Positions 38,932 to 51,354 of a stretch of DNA of 64,000 bases are shown here, one piece after another. Both the position numbers and the translations under genes were made by a program. Within the stretch, counting starts at the first letter, position 1. Each line of letters opens with the position of its first letter. Source of the stretch: Octopus sinensis (lineage: Eukaryota); the NCBI RefSeq assembly GCF_006345805.1, contig NC_042997.1, forward strand, positions 199,392,001 through 199,456,000, read 5' to 3'. The notes beneath the pieces were generated by a model. That model made no database searches, had not been told where the DNA came from, and saw only the letters and a program-made list of their open reading frames with translations.

Positions 38932-41900
38932 TTAATGATTCTACCAGCTTGCTGCCTTATACTGAGTTATAATGAAAACAATTTAGCATTAATCTGTGGA
39001 GCACAGATTTATTATACATTGAGGAAGGCAAGCAAACCAAAACTTCAAAGTCGTTGTCTCCGCTGTTCTTGTAAATGTACAGCTTTGATAAGTATAGGAT
39101 GGCGTTAAATTTCTCAATCTCTGTAGTATCTCACTTGAATAAACTGTGGGATTGATTATTATGCATGATTACCACACTGCAGAATTATGTAATTCACCCA
39201 TCTATGTGAAACGTGTGAATCATTCTCCATTCTTCTAAGTTTATTTATGCATGTATGTATCTATATGTGAATGTATATCTTCCTCAATCACTTTCCATGC
39301 TGGGAGGTCATTACTAGTCAACGAGACAAATCAGAGGACAACATATCCTTCCTAACATAAATTATTTCACAAATTGTTCTGGCTGCATTTCTTTCAAGCC
39401 ACCAGCACTAGAGTGGTAGTCACATCTATGATAAAATGAAAGGGCCCTTTTGATCTCAGATTTAACATTGTATACTGGAAGTTTTTTGTTTTTTTTATCT
39501 CACCATCAGAGAAGTAGCCATGTCCTAGACATAACTAAAGGAACCTCACAAACACACCCCTCTATTCACTTGCTAACCTCTTTACAAAATAAGAAGCAGG
39601 CGTGATAGTAGTGTGAAAGAGAGAAACATGAATGGTTACTGTAAGAGGGGTGTGTAGTAACAGGGGATAGGTAAATGGGTTCTCAGTATTCTGAGATAGA
39701 GGTGGCAAGCTGGTGGACATGTTAGTGTGTCAGGCGAAATGCTTTGCAGTATTTTGTCTGTCTTGACTTTCTGTGTTCAAATTCCACTGAGGTTGGTTTT
39801 GCTTTTTATCCTTCCGGGGTCAATAAATTAAGTACCAGTTGTGTACTGGAGTCGATCTAATTGACTGGCCCCCTCCCCCAAAATTTCAGGCCCTGTGCCT
39901 AGAGTAGAAAAGAATACTCTGAGACAGAAACATTTATTCAAGGCATTGTAACCGAGATGACAGGGTGAAGATGGAAGACAACATGACTCAGAGCATAGAG
40001 CAATCACAGGTCTCCTGGCTATGCAGGAGATAAAAAGCTGAGAGTGTGATGGCAGTGGGCCCATAGGGTGATGACAAACTATACAGGAGGTGAGGGTGAA
40101 AGTATTTAGAACCAGAATAAGTGGTCCAGTGTCGCTTCTCATATTTAATGTCCAGAAAGATGGAGTGAAAAGAGTGAGGATAGGACATATGGAAAGTTGG
40201 TGGGTCCTACACCATTGACCAGCACAAATGTACGTTGGTAAGAGGGTCAGATGGATGTAGTAGTTTTATAGTTACTCAAGAAGCAATAATTGGTGAACAT
40301 TAGGGATCCACTGCTAAACTTGGTTGCATTGACAGCATAGTGCAGTGTGACTGAGACAAAGAGAAATTGAGTGAAAGATGAGCAGGCTTGGACCTAAGAG
40401 GCAGGAAAAATAAAGGCATGGATGAAAGGGACATGAGACAAAAGACATTGACATACGAGACATACATGGAGTCTGTGTGTGTGTGTGTGTTTGTATATCT
40501 TTTTGTGACCATGCTGTGGCAGAATCTTGGGGGATTTTAGTTGAATGAATTGACCCCAGAACTTAACTTTTAAACCTGGTACTTATTCTGTTGGTCCTTT
40601 TTTGTTGAACCACTAAGTTACTGAAGCTAAACACACTAAGTTAAACACACCAACACCAGCTGTCAATGGTGGTGGGGGACAAACACAGACACACAAACAC
40701 ACACACAACAGGCTTCTTTCAGAAGCCACTTGTGCAAAGTGCCACACAGTGGGACTGAACCAAGAACCATGAGGTTTGGCAGCAAACTTCTAACCACACA
40801 GCCTCGTGTATATGTATGTACCTAAGTGTTTTATCTTTTACTTAATCATTGGGCAATAAACGGTACTTGCAAAGACCTGTTAAGGCAAGTGAAGTTGTTC
40901 CCGTGGCCGATGACAGTACAACATGATTATCACCTGTGCCAGTGGCATGTATGGAGCACCATTCGAGTGTGGCACATAAAAAGTACCATTTAAGCATGGT
41001 CGTTGCCAGTGGTGCCTGACTGGCTTCCATGCTGGTGGCATGTAAAAAGCACCCTTCAAGCATGGTCAATGCCAGTACTACCTGATTGGTCCTTGTGCCA
41101 GTGGCATGTAAAAGTACCTACTGCATTCTCAAAGTGGTTGGCATTAGGAAGGGCATCCAGCTGTAGAAACATTCCCAGATCAGATTGGAGTCTGGTGCAG
41201 CCCTCTGGCTCACCAGCCCTCAGTCAAACCATCCAACCCATGCCAGCATGGAAAGTGGATGTTAAACAATGATGATGATTCATTAGACTGTAGCCATCTG
41301 GGGCAAGGGAATTATGCTACAATAAAGATAATGATCTCAACTGGAAAATCATTCAGAACCAATGATTTAAAGATAATACATCAGAGCATTAACCATAAAC
41401 TGTGGGCTTGGTTTCCCAACAATATAGTCACTATTTTCTTTCTCTTCATTTTTATAGTCGTCTGCACATGTTTACATTTAATATACACAAATGTATTCTT
41501 TAAAAATCATCTTAGTTATATTGATTTCTAATTTATGTACCAAACCCACCTGAGTGAGAGGCTTTCATGCCTGACCATTCATTACAATGGTACACTCCAT
41601 TATCTGTTGCAAAAAGTAGAAACCATTTATTTAAAAGGGTTACATTATGTCTTCATTTCTTTCCATTGTATCATTGATGTACAATAAACATAATGTTTAA
41701 ATTATGCTGACCTTACTTCACTAATATTTGTTTTAAGAACTTTGAATATTTATCTTAGGATAAAGTTAATTATATTGTAATTTTCCCTGTGTGCTTTACA
41801 GAAGTGTAAACTGAATTTAGAACCACACTTGCTATCAATGTATATACTAAACGGTTCCAAACACCATTCCAGTGAATGCTTTCTTTTTAATGCTCCTTTT

Positions 41901-41999
41901 GAAATGTATTCTTTCATTTCTGCATTGTATTTTCTTCCATAAATATTTAGCTATTTTATTACAAATATACCACACTATTTCCTCTTTGCAATGCGCAAA

Positions 42000-42310
42000 A
42001 TTCTGAGTTTACCACCATAACTATTGGGGTGATAAAAGGTAGAGCTGAAGAGATTGTAGAGATGCTAGAACAAAGACAGGTAGATGTGTGTTGTGTACAA
42101 GATATAAGATGGTGGTGAGCCTCAATCAGACTGCTCCCAGACTAGGAACACAACTGCACATTATCTGAGTACTGGTATTAGTAGAGTAGGAATATTGTTT
42201 GGAGAGAAATGAGTAGATAAAGTGAGACAGTCAGATGGAATACATGACAAAATAATTAAGCTTAAACTAATCATAGGCAATATAACAGCAATGGTAAAAT
42301 GTAGTGCATA
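42000..42310 (+). mobile_element. RTE LINE AP-endonuclease N-terminal remnant
   Basis: IKGRAEEIVEMLEQRQVDVCCVQDIRW matches the RTE APE motif GRSxEIVEMLERRxVDVCCxQExRW. Confidence 0.8.
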
Positions 42311-43480
42311 TATATATAACAGCAATGTCAAAATCAAATCAAATGGAAATTGTAGTTGTGATCTCCGTGACGGTAGCATGTAAAAAGCACCAGCTGAACG
42401 TGGCCGATGCCAGTGCCGCTTTGACTGGCTTCCATGCCAGTGACACATAAAAAGTACCCACTACACTCTCGGAGTGGTTGGCGTTAGGAAGGACATCCAG
42501 CTGTAGAAACACTGCCAGATCAGATTGGGGCCTGGTGCAGCCTCCTGGCTTCCCAGACCCCAGTTGAACCTATTTCTTTACTACCCACAAGGGGCTAAAC
42601 ATAGAGGGGACAAACAAGGACAGACAAACGGATTAGGTCGATTATATCAACCCCAGTGCGTAGCTGGTACTTAATTTACTGACTCCGAAAGGATGAAAGG
42701 CCAAGTTGACCTCGGCGGTATTTGAACTCAGAATGTAACAGCAGACGAAATATGGCTAGCATTTCGCCTGGCATGCTAACGTTTCTGCCAGTCAAACCAT
42801 CCAACCCATGCCAGCATGGAAAACGGACGTTAAATGGTGATGATGACTACAGTAAATGACTAACTGATGAACAAAAATATACCAGCCCCAAAATACTGAA
42901 AATGGCTCATAAGTGCTGAGCTTTCCTCCCCGCTGACCAGATCATTATGAAAAAAAAGAACTGAATTTACACAGTGATATCATTTTAAGCTTTTTCATTC
43001 TATTAACATCTGTAATACACTGGTTTAGCTCCAGGTCAACCCTAATCATGATGACAGACATTAGGATTGGAGGTATTCTCGTAATGAGTCATATTTTTGT
43101 TTTCATAGGTAGTATATTTTGGACAACATTTTCCAATGTATCTTTTCTTTTTACAATAACAGAATAACACTAAACAGAGTTTTGGCGTTATTTTTAGCAT
43201 GTCAAATGATATCACAGAGAAACTCCCACTGTTTTGTCTGTAATATATCATCCATCATTGTTCTAACACCCATCTGTGAATACTTGGAATTCACTGAAGC
43301 ACATTTTCTACAGTTGGATGCCCTCACCTGTTTCCAAGCAAGGTAATATTTCCTCTTGGCCAGATATATTCATCACGAAACACAGGAAATAAACAAATTC
43401 ATTTGTCTGACAGTAATGCTTACAGGCAACCATCACATGCTTTCAAGACAAGACAACACATTCAAATATATATACATTAT

Positions 43481-43892
43481 AGGCGTAGGAGTAGCTGTGT
43501 GGTAAGTAGCTTGCTTACCAACCACATGCTTCCGGGTTCAGTCCCACTGCATGGCACCTTGGGCAAGTGTCTTCTACTATAGCCTCGGGCCGACCAAAGC
43601 CTTGTGAGTGGATTTGGTAGACGGAAACTGAAAGAAGCCCATCATATATATATATATATATGTGTGTTTGTGGGGGGGGGAGGTGAATGCTTGTGTGTCT
43701 GTGTTTGTCCCCCCAACATCGCTTGACAACCAATACTGGTGTGTTTACGGCCCCGTCACTTAGCAGTTCAGAAAAAGAGTCTGATAGAATAAGTACTAGG
43801 CTTACAAAGAACAAGTCCTGGAGTCGATTTGCTCGACTAAAGGTGGTGCTCCAGCATGGCCACAGTCAAATGACAGAAACAAGTTAAAGAGT
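43481..43892 (+). mobile_element. SINE family A, full length
   Basis: Complete element about 240 bp upstream of the exon. Confidence 0.85.
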
Positions 43893-44130
43893 ATGTAATG
43901 GTCTTCTTTCAGTCTCTCTTGAACAAATCACTCACATGGCTTTGGTCAGCTCAGGGTTATATTAAAAAATACGTTCTGTGCAGTGGAACTGAACCTGAAA
44001 CCACATGATGGAAAGCAAGCTTCTTAACCACACACCACACCTGGTGTATTTAATATTTAATATTTTAAAATATTTGATTGCTAACCTCAAACTTTGTACT
44101 TACGAACATTTTCTCAATTCTATTTTTCAG

Positions 44131-44305
44131 GTACTGGATCTTTAACAGTTCTTCGCCAAAACAATTCACGTAAGCTTGTCAGCTCTAGCAGTCGTACATC
44201 AAGTACAGTGAGTATAGATAGCGATTCCTATGCAAGCGGGGAATTAGGTTTTGAAAAAATGCCTGCAGCGGATGCACCTGAGGCTTCACATTATTGCTCA
44301 ATGCG
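44131..44305 (+). CDS. Internal coding exon of an unidentified gene (Ser-rich segment)
   Basis: Acceptor TTCTATTTTTCAG|G and donor ATGCG|GTAAGC. Open frame (G)TGSLTVLRQNNSRKLVSSSSRTSSTVSIDSDSYASGELGFEKMPAADAPEASHYCSM(R). GC-richer than the flanks and not repeat-like; 175 nt, phase 1 to phase 2. Confidence 0.75.
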
Positions 44306-45571
44306 GTAAGCTATTTTTTTCAACAAAACATCTTCAGTAATTTTCCTGAAATTTTTTTACATGAAATTTAATGCTGGATGAATTGAAAAAAACCCATTTG
44401 TGTCAATGTCTATCAATAATGCTTCATAATTTGCTGTCCTTCCCAAGATATGGATGATCCTGCTGTATGCTAGTAAATTGTTTTGGGTAAGGTAAACTAT
44501 GGATTTAACAGAAACTTTGGTCATTCAACTGGTTCTTCATTGATCAGACTACATTCTTTGGTTCTGCAATTTATGTATTCATTTATTTTATCAAAACACT
44601 TCAATGTTTTTCTTTGGTGCTTTTTTGGAAGACTTTATAATTTATTTTCGTCATCTTATTATTTTCATACATTTCAAAGCAGCTCATTAAAGTTTGTTCA
44701 AATGATTCCACATCTTCACTCACTGTTTCCCATAAATTATTAGAGAACTCTATTTTGGGTGGTAGACTTAATCCATTGCCTAATTTAATGCCATTACCTG
44801 ATTGACTGGTACCTTTGGTAGAGTCCATTTTGTTGCAAGCTTTCAGATCAGACTACTCCAACACCCCTATTCATAGCAGCTCCACAAAATGCATGAGTGG
44901 TACCCTTCCATTCTCACTAAGTCATATGATAAAAAAAAACAAAAAAACTTGCCCCTTCTTTGTGATTGTTGATGTCTTGTTTGAAAGCCTAAATTTCTTT
45001 TGGGATTTCTCATTCTACCTCCACCAAAATTGAGAGTATATTTCCATTTACTATGAACCACTGAGCTATGACAGAACAAAAAAGATTCAGATCATTCAGT
45101 CTATATCAGTGGTTCTCAACATGTCACTTACGCTTAACCTCTGATTTGGTTTTATTTGTGCTCTGCTTCTTCACAATTAGTAGAGCCTACATGACTCATT
45201 TTCTCCCACCTCAGCAGATGTTTTGCATTCAATGTTTATACCTCGTTGATAAAATGTAGAACCACTTATATGCTTGATACAGTCTTTCACAGAGAAAACA
45301 AATCATTAAGGACAATATTATATCTAACAACTTTCTAAACCTCTAGCATCCTGTTTTATCTCAGGTTACCATACTATCACTACATTCACCTCCAGCAACA
45401 AACAGACCAGTTGAGCAAAAGAAACTGCCATGAATGTCTGGTGAGCTGTTTGAGCAGTTCAGTAATTATTCCTGTGCATCTGTCACATATGAAGTCCTGA
45501 TTTTCTGTCAGCCTACCAGTGACACCACTTCATCTTTTGTAAAGTTTGCAAAGTAAAAACTATTCAGCTCC

Positions 45572-45838
45572 AACAGTTCTATATTTAAGAGATGAGGAAT
45601 TATGAACATTATTTACATTTGATGGATATTTGCCCTCATCTTGTTTGTTGTTAACACAACATTTCAGTTGATATACCCTCCAGCCTTCACCAGGTGTCTT
45701 GGGGAAATTTCAGACCTGGGTTCTCATTCCTAAGGTATTTTTCGATATTAGTATTATTATTGTTGTTGTTCAGGTCAATGTCTGGAATCAAACTCAGAAT
45801 CTTGGGGCTAGTAGCCCGTGCTCTTAACAACTACACCA
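45572..45838 (-). mobile_element. tRNA-head/hammerhead element, full length, core mutated (CTGGTGA, GAAAT)
   Basis: Reverse complement shows A/B boxes, hammerhead relic at 45653-45698 and the full tail ending AAATATAGAACTGT. Confidence 0.8.
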
Positions 45839-45901
45839 AAGGTCTTTCTAAACTTCTAGTATCCTGTTTTCACTCAGGATACTATCACTACATTCACCTC
45901 C

Positions 45902-46140
45902 ATGGGCATATGGCATAGTGGTTAAGAGCACGGGCTACTAACCCCAAGATTCTGAGTTCGATTCCAGGCAGTGACCTGAATAATAAAAATAATAATAACA
46001 ACATCGAAAAATACTTTAGGAATGAGAACCCAGGTTTGAAATTTCCCCAAGACACCTGATGAAGGCTGGAGAGTATATCAGCTGAAACGTGTTAATAACA
46101 AACCAGATGAGGACAAATATCCATCAAATGTAAATAATGT
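45902..46140 (+). mobile_element. tRNA-head/hammerhead element
   Basis: TGGCATAGTGGTTAAG...GAGTTCGATTCC...GACACCTGATGAAGGCTGGAGAGTATATCAGCTGAAACGTGTT. Confidence 0.8.
46051..46093 (+). ncRNA. Minimal type I hammerhead motif, cleavage-site region partly deleted
   Basis: GACAC-CUGAUGA-A-GGCUG(10-nt loop)CAGCU-GAAAC-GUGUU; three nucleotides (GUU) are missing relative to the 59460-59505 copy. Confidence 0.45.
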
Positions 46141-46849
46141 TTTCAGTTCCTACTTACACTCTTCCAACAAGGCCATATCTCACTCATATACCATTTGGAT
46201 GTTGGGTTCTCTATACTAATTAATTCTATGGTCTTTGCCATCATGCAGTAGTGGATTATCAAAATCTTTAGAGAATCAGACAAAATGTCTGGCGGTATTT
46301 AGATCTTAAGTTCAAATCCTGCCAAAAATCAACTTTGCTGTTTATTTTCTGGGGTTATTAGAAGAAGAAACCACTTTCATGCTTTGGACTCCATGCCATT
46401 CTTCTTTCAACAGTAAGTTTTCTGCAGCATTTCAACAATCTTAAAACTCCTACATTATTGCATTAGTAGTTATAACAAATATACAGGTGCTGAAAATGGA
46501 GTCATATCTAACTTTTCTAACAATCCACCTTTATTTGTAACACCTATATACCTATTAGCCTGTCTTGAACAACTTTTTACAGTCATTCATATATATTTTA
46601 CTTCTTCCATTCATGAGACTGAGGCCATGCTGGGGCACTGCCTTGAAGAATGTTTAATCAAATGAATTGACCCTAGTTTCTGTTTTGTTTTTCTTATAGC
46701 CTGGTACTTATTCTCTCAATTTCTCTTGATGAACTGCTAAGTTACGGGGACAAAAACATATCAATACTGGTTGTCAAAGGTAGTGGGGGACAAACACAAA
46801 CACACATGTATATATACATTTTGGGATCACCACTACTTTATTATCTCCC

Positions 46850-47060
46850 CTTCTTCCTAGCTCTCCTATGTGACCTCTCTGTCCGGCATTTGCCATGATA
46901 GATCATTGGCCACTAAACCTTTTCTATTTTCTCTCCCTGTTGATTCTGTCAAAGAGTGTAGGTTTGAAACGTAAAAGAGTTTTTCACCTCTCGAGCGTTA
47001 AACTAATACATCTGTTTGTTGTTTACACACCCGTCTTCGTCTTTTTGTAAATTCTCAGTA
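46850..47060 (+). mobile_element. PLE-type terminal repeat family P1 with hammerhead relic (46943-46977)
   Basis: Homologous to 12800-12996; followed by (TA)n. Confidence 0.55.
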
Positions 47061-47067
47061 TATGTGC

Positions 47068-47107
<40 letters not shown>

Positions 47108-47465
47108 TAAAAAGCACCATTCAAGCTTGATCGTTACCAGTGTTGCCTTACTGGTACTTGTGCTGGTGGTATGTGGAAAACAACATTTGAGAAAGGGCGT
47201 TATCAGAGCCAACTGGACTGGCTCTTGTGCAGGCGACATGTAAAAACACCATTGGAGCATGGCTGTTGCCAGTACCACCTGACTTGCCGTCATGCCAGTG
47301 GAACGTAAAGCACCCACTACACTCTTGGAGTGGTTGGCGTTAGGAAGGGCATCCATCTGTAGAAACTTTGCCAGATCAGATTGGAGCCTGGTGCAGCCAT
47401 CTGGCTCACCAGTCCCCAGTCAAGCCATCCAACCCATGCCAGCATGGAAAGCAGATGTTAAACGA

Positions 47466-47503
<38 letters not shown>

Positions 47504-48724
47504 CTGAAAGAAGCTCATTATATATATATATATCATGAGCTTCTTTCAATTTCCATTTACCAAATCCACTCACAAGTCCTTGATTGGCCCAAGGTTATAG
47601 TAGAAACCACTTGACCACGGTAGCATGCAGTGGAACTGAACCTGGAACCATCTGATTGGGAAGCAAACTTTTTACCACACAGCCACAGGTGTCTTAGTTT
47701 ACACTGAATGTTTTGTCTTAATTGAGAAATGCAAAGCAGAATACTTTATTTTCTTTTGCTTAAAATTTCTTATGTAATTGTTTTATAAGATATATGGTAT
47801 CTTTTGGTCCATCAACTTTTGGCCACAGAAACTGCCATTCTATTTCTACCCCGCTTTGACCTTGTAACGGTTGATGGTGATACTGCTGTGTCAATAACAC
47901 CTTGCTTAGCTGATTAAGCTAATGAGGGTACCTCTAGATGGTAGCTTAGCCTGTAATAAAAACAACAGTCAAATCTCCTTCAAATCAAATCTAGCCATCT
48001 TAAAAAAATGGCAAACATCTTGGTCAATGTAATCCTAAACATATAAATAGATTGGATGGTCATGGCTGGAATCCTTTTGATCATAGTTTATTTTGTATTT
48101 TTTTTTTTTTGTCAGAGTTGACTTTTGGCTTAACTACAATCTGATTATCTAGATAGGTAATTATCATAATACCAAAGTAGCCTAAAGCTTTAACGTTTTA
48201 AGCAACAATCCCTTGTGGACGATCGGTTTTCCTTTCCTTGGTTACATTCTCAACTCTGCTGATGACACAAAATACTGACCAAGCTTTCATTTACATGTAC
48301 AGCAGATATTCTACTCATACTTCTTGTTTTTGCAAGCTCTTTTATGAAGCTTTCACGTCCTACTTCTGTTGACAGTAAGAACAAGAGTCTTACCAACATC
48401 ACAGCAGACACATTTCTCCACAATGACATCCAGCATTTCTCTCTCTCATACACACATACATCTAACCATACACATTAGAGTAAAGATGATGTCTATCCAA
48501 AATTACAGACTCCAAAATGAAAAAGATGAAATAAAAAAATTAAATAAATGAAATAAAGAAAATATTAAAAATGTAAATTAAAATTATATATATATAATAA
48601 TTATTTCAGGGAATATTATTAATAACTTACTTAATTATATATATAATTAAGGGTGCCAAAGAGGCACCACCATGCTAGAAATAGCAGTCAAAACTGACTC
48701 TAGAACCACATGATTATTCATATA

Positions 48725-48935
48725 GCACATATGCTGTATAATGACTTTCGGAAACATTTTTTCACGCTCAGAGTTGCTGAAGCATGGAATAAACTGCCTG
48801 CGTCAGTTGTTGACTGCCATGACACTGCATCTTTTAAGGCCCTCATGCTTTCCGAAATCCGCCGAAACTACACCTGATAATATATACACTTTAGATGAGT
48901 TGTAGTGCACCTGAGCACTGTACACAATTATTATT
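48725..48935 (+). mobile_element. CR1 LINE 3' end
   Basis: FFTLRVAEAWNKLPASVVDCHDTASFKALMLSEIRRNYT* (cf. CR1 FFxxRVxxxWNxLPxxVV) plus an (ATT)n tail. Confidence 0.8.
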
Positions 48936-49173
48936 ATAATTATTATTATAAATACATGGTGTTGTACTAGAGTCAGTTTTGACTGCTATTTCTGGCATGA
49001 TGGTGCCCCTTTGGTAACTTTAATTATATTCATATTATATATCTAAAATAATTATTTCCTATACAGTTTTCTCCATGCTGGCCACTTTATATGATCGTTA
49101 TTCTATATAATGGTCTTATCTTTTTTATATATACTGTACATATTTACATATATATATCTATATATATATAAAT

Positions 49174-49451
49174 AAAAATTAGAGAAAAACCACTATCATG
49201 TTATTCAAACAATGACAGACATAAATCACACCATATAGAAAATAAAATATATGATAAAACATTTACCTAGATCACAATAAAGTACATAATAATAAATAAA
49301 CAATATATAATTAGTAAATAGACTATTTATTATTATGTACTTTATTGTGAGCTAGATAAATGTTTTGTCATATATTTTATTTTTTCTATATGGTGTGATT
49401 TACGTCTATCAATTTTTTAAATTGCATAATAGTGGTTTCTCTCTAATTTTT
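49174..49451. repeat. Long fold-back inverted repeat (~125-bp arms, 25-nt spacer)
   Basis: 49174-49298 is the reverse complement of 49324-49451 with scattered mismatches. Confidence 0.9.
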
Positions 49452-49876
49452 CTATATCATATATATTTATATTGTGAAATTTGATTTAATACTAAATTGA
49501 AATTTTCCCTATAAGTTTGGAGTTATACTCCCTAATATTATTATTATTATTATACACACACACACACATGCACGCACACGCACACACACACATGCGTTGC
49601 TTCTGTCTATCAAATCCACCCAGAAGACTTTTGGTTTGCCCAAGGTGCCATGTAGTGAGATTGAACTTGAAACAAAGAGGTTGGGATGCAAACTTCTTAA
49701 TCACACACTTCATGCCTAGATAGATAAAGTGACAGTGAGTAAGAGTTGTAAATTGTATAAAAATATATTTTACATGGTGCAAATACTTGATACAGAACTC
49801 AGTACATTGCACAGAGTGGAAAGATGTATTCATTTTATCAAAGATTGACAATCAACTTATGATATTATACATCTGT

Positions 49877-49910
<34 letters not shown>

Positions 49911-50334
49911 TTGGTGAATGTTCAGTTTACAAAAGCAGAAAAAAAAAACTGTATATATTTTATTAGAAGCTAAATTTGTATTCTAAGATTCTGATAACTA
50001 ATTAGTTCAATGAATGAAGTAACAAGGATGACAATATATAAGTAGAAATATTCACAAGACAAATTGATACATGAATGCCGAACAATACATCAGGATTTGA
50101 ATGGATGTCGGGGAACAAAGTGGAAATTGCACCTCTTATTCATTCATTAATTACTATATGCAGAGCAAATGGTACTTTCTTCTATGAAGTCTGTTTTCTC
50201 CTTTTGGCAATCAATTGAGATTCAATGTATACCTGACTAACCGTATTTCAATGTGTTAGCAAATATTTTTGCTTGTATAGTTTCATAGTGCTTCTCTACT
50301 TCAGTTTTTTTAATAATCAGAAATATGCAAAGAG

Positions 50335-50545
50335 AGACGTTTGCGCTGGTATGGTCATGTACTATGGAAGAATGAGGAGAGATGTGTGAAGAAGTGCCAC
50401 TCTCAAACTGTTGAAGGAATCCGGGGTAGAGGTAGAGCGAGGAAGACATGGGATGGAGTGGTCAAGCATGACCTTCAAGCGTTGCGCCTCACAGAGGCAA
50501 TGACGAAAGACCGAGACCTCTGGAGATATGCTGTGACTGCAAAGA
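50335..50545 (+). mobile_element. RTE LINE ORF C-terminal remnant
   Basis: RWYGHVL...EGIRGRGRARKTWDGVVKHDL...DRDLWR. Confidence 0.85.
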
Positions 50546-50671
50546 CCCCAAAAAATAAAATGAGTTCATGACTGTATCCTACAAAATGGTTGAGAAACAC
50601 TGGGTTTAAAACAATAGAATCTATGTATGTGTGTGTGTACATGTGTATGTATATATATATGTATATATATA

Positions 50672-51018
50672 CTCTTTTACTTGTTTCAGTAATTTGACTG
50701 CAGTCATGCTGGAGCACTGCCTTTAGTCAAGCAAATCGACCCCAGTACTTCTTCTTTGTAAGCCTAGTACTTATTCTATTGGTCTCCTTTGTGAAACTGC
50801 TAAGTTACGGGGATGTAAACACACCAGCATCGGTTGTCAAGCGATTTTGGACACACACAAACACACACATGATGGACTTCTTTCAGTTTCAATCTACCAA
50901 ATCCACTCACAAGGCTTTGGTCAGCCTGAGGCTATAGTAGAAGACACTTGCCCAAGGTGCCACACAGTGGGACTGAACCCGGAACCATGTGGTTGGTAAA
51001 CAAGCTACTTACCACACA

Positions 51019-51022
<4 letters not shown>
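50672..51022 (-). mobile_element. SINE family A, full length
   Basis: Complete element on the minus strand. Confidence 0.85.
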
Positions 51023-51069
<47 letters not shown>

Positions 51070-51073
<4 letters not shown>

Positions 51074-51317
51074 TATTTACATTTGACAGATATTTGTCCT
51101 CACCTTTTTTGTTGTTAACATAACATTTCGGCTGATATACCCTCCAGCCTTCATTCGGTGTCCTGGGGAAATTTCAAACCTGGGTTCTCATTCTTAAGGG
51201 TTTTTTCACCTCGATATTATTATTATTATTATCCAGGTCACTGCCTGGAATCATACTCAGAATCTTGGGGTTAGTAACCAGTGCTATTAACCTCTAAGCC
51301 ACATGTCCACAGAACTG

Positions 51318-51318
<1 letters not shown>
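51070..51318 (-). mobile_element. tRNA-head/hammerhead element inserted in (TA)n, core mutated
   Basis: (TA)n on both sides; hammerhead relic at about 51117-51162 (CGAATGA, GAAAT); a short inverted tail piece ACAGTTCT precedes the head. Confidence 0.8.

Positions 51319-51354
<36 letters not shown>

Larger units (their letters stand above)
45320..46200 (-). mobile_element. Decayed RTE LINE fragment split by a complex insertion (45572-46141)
   Basis: Minus strand gives WPC..KSV.RN / CKL.KR.SG.TGRLTENQDFICDRCTGI / GGECSDS across both sides of the insertion. Confidence 0.6.

Noticed and set aside
48290-48380. Possible minus-strand exon EVGRESFIKELAKTRSMSRISAVH
   Set aside because: Ambiguous donor; a nearby ADDTK on the + strand hints at a CR1 remnant.
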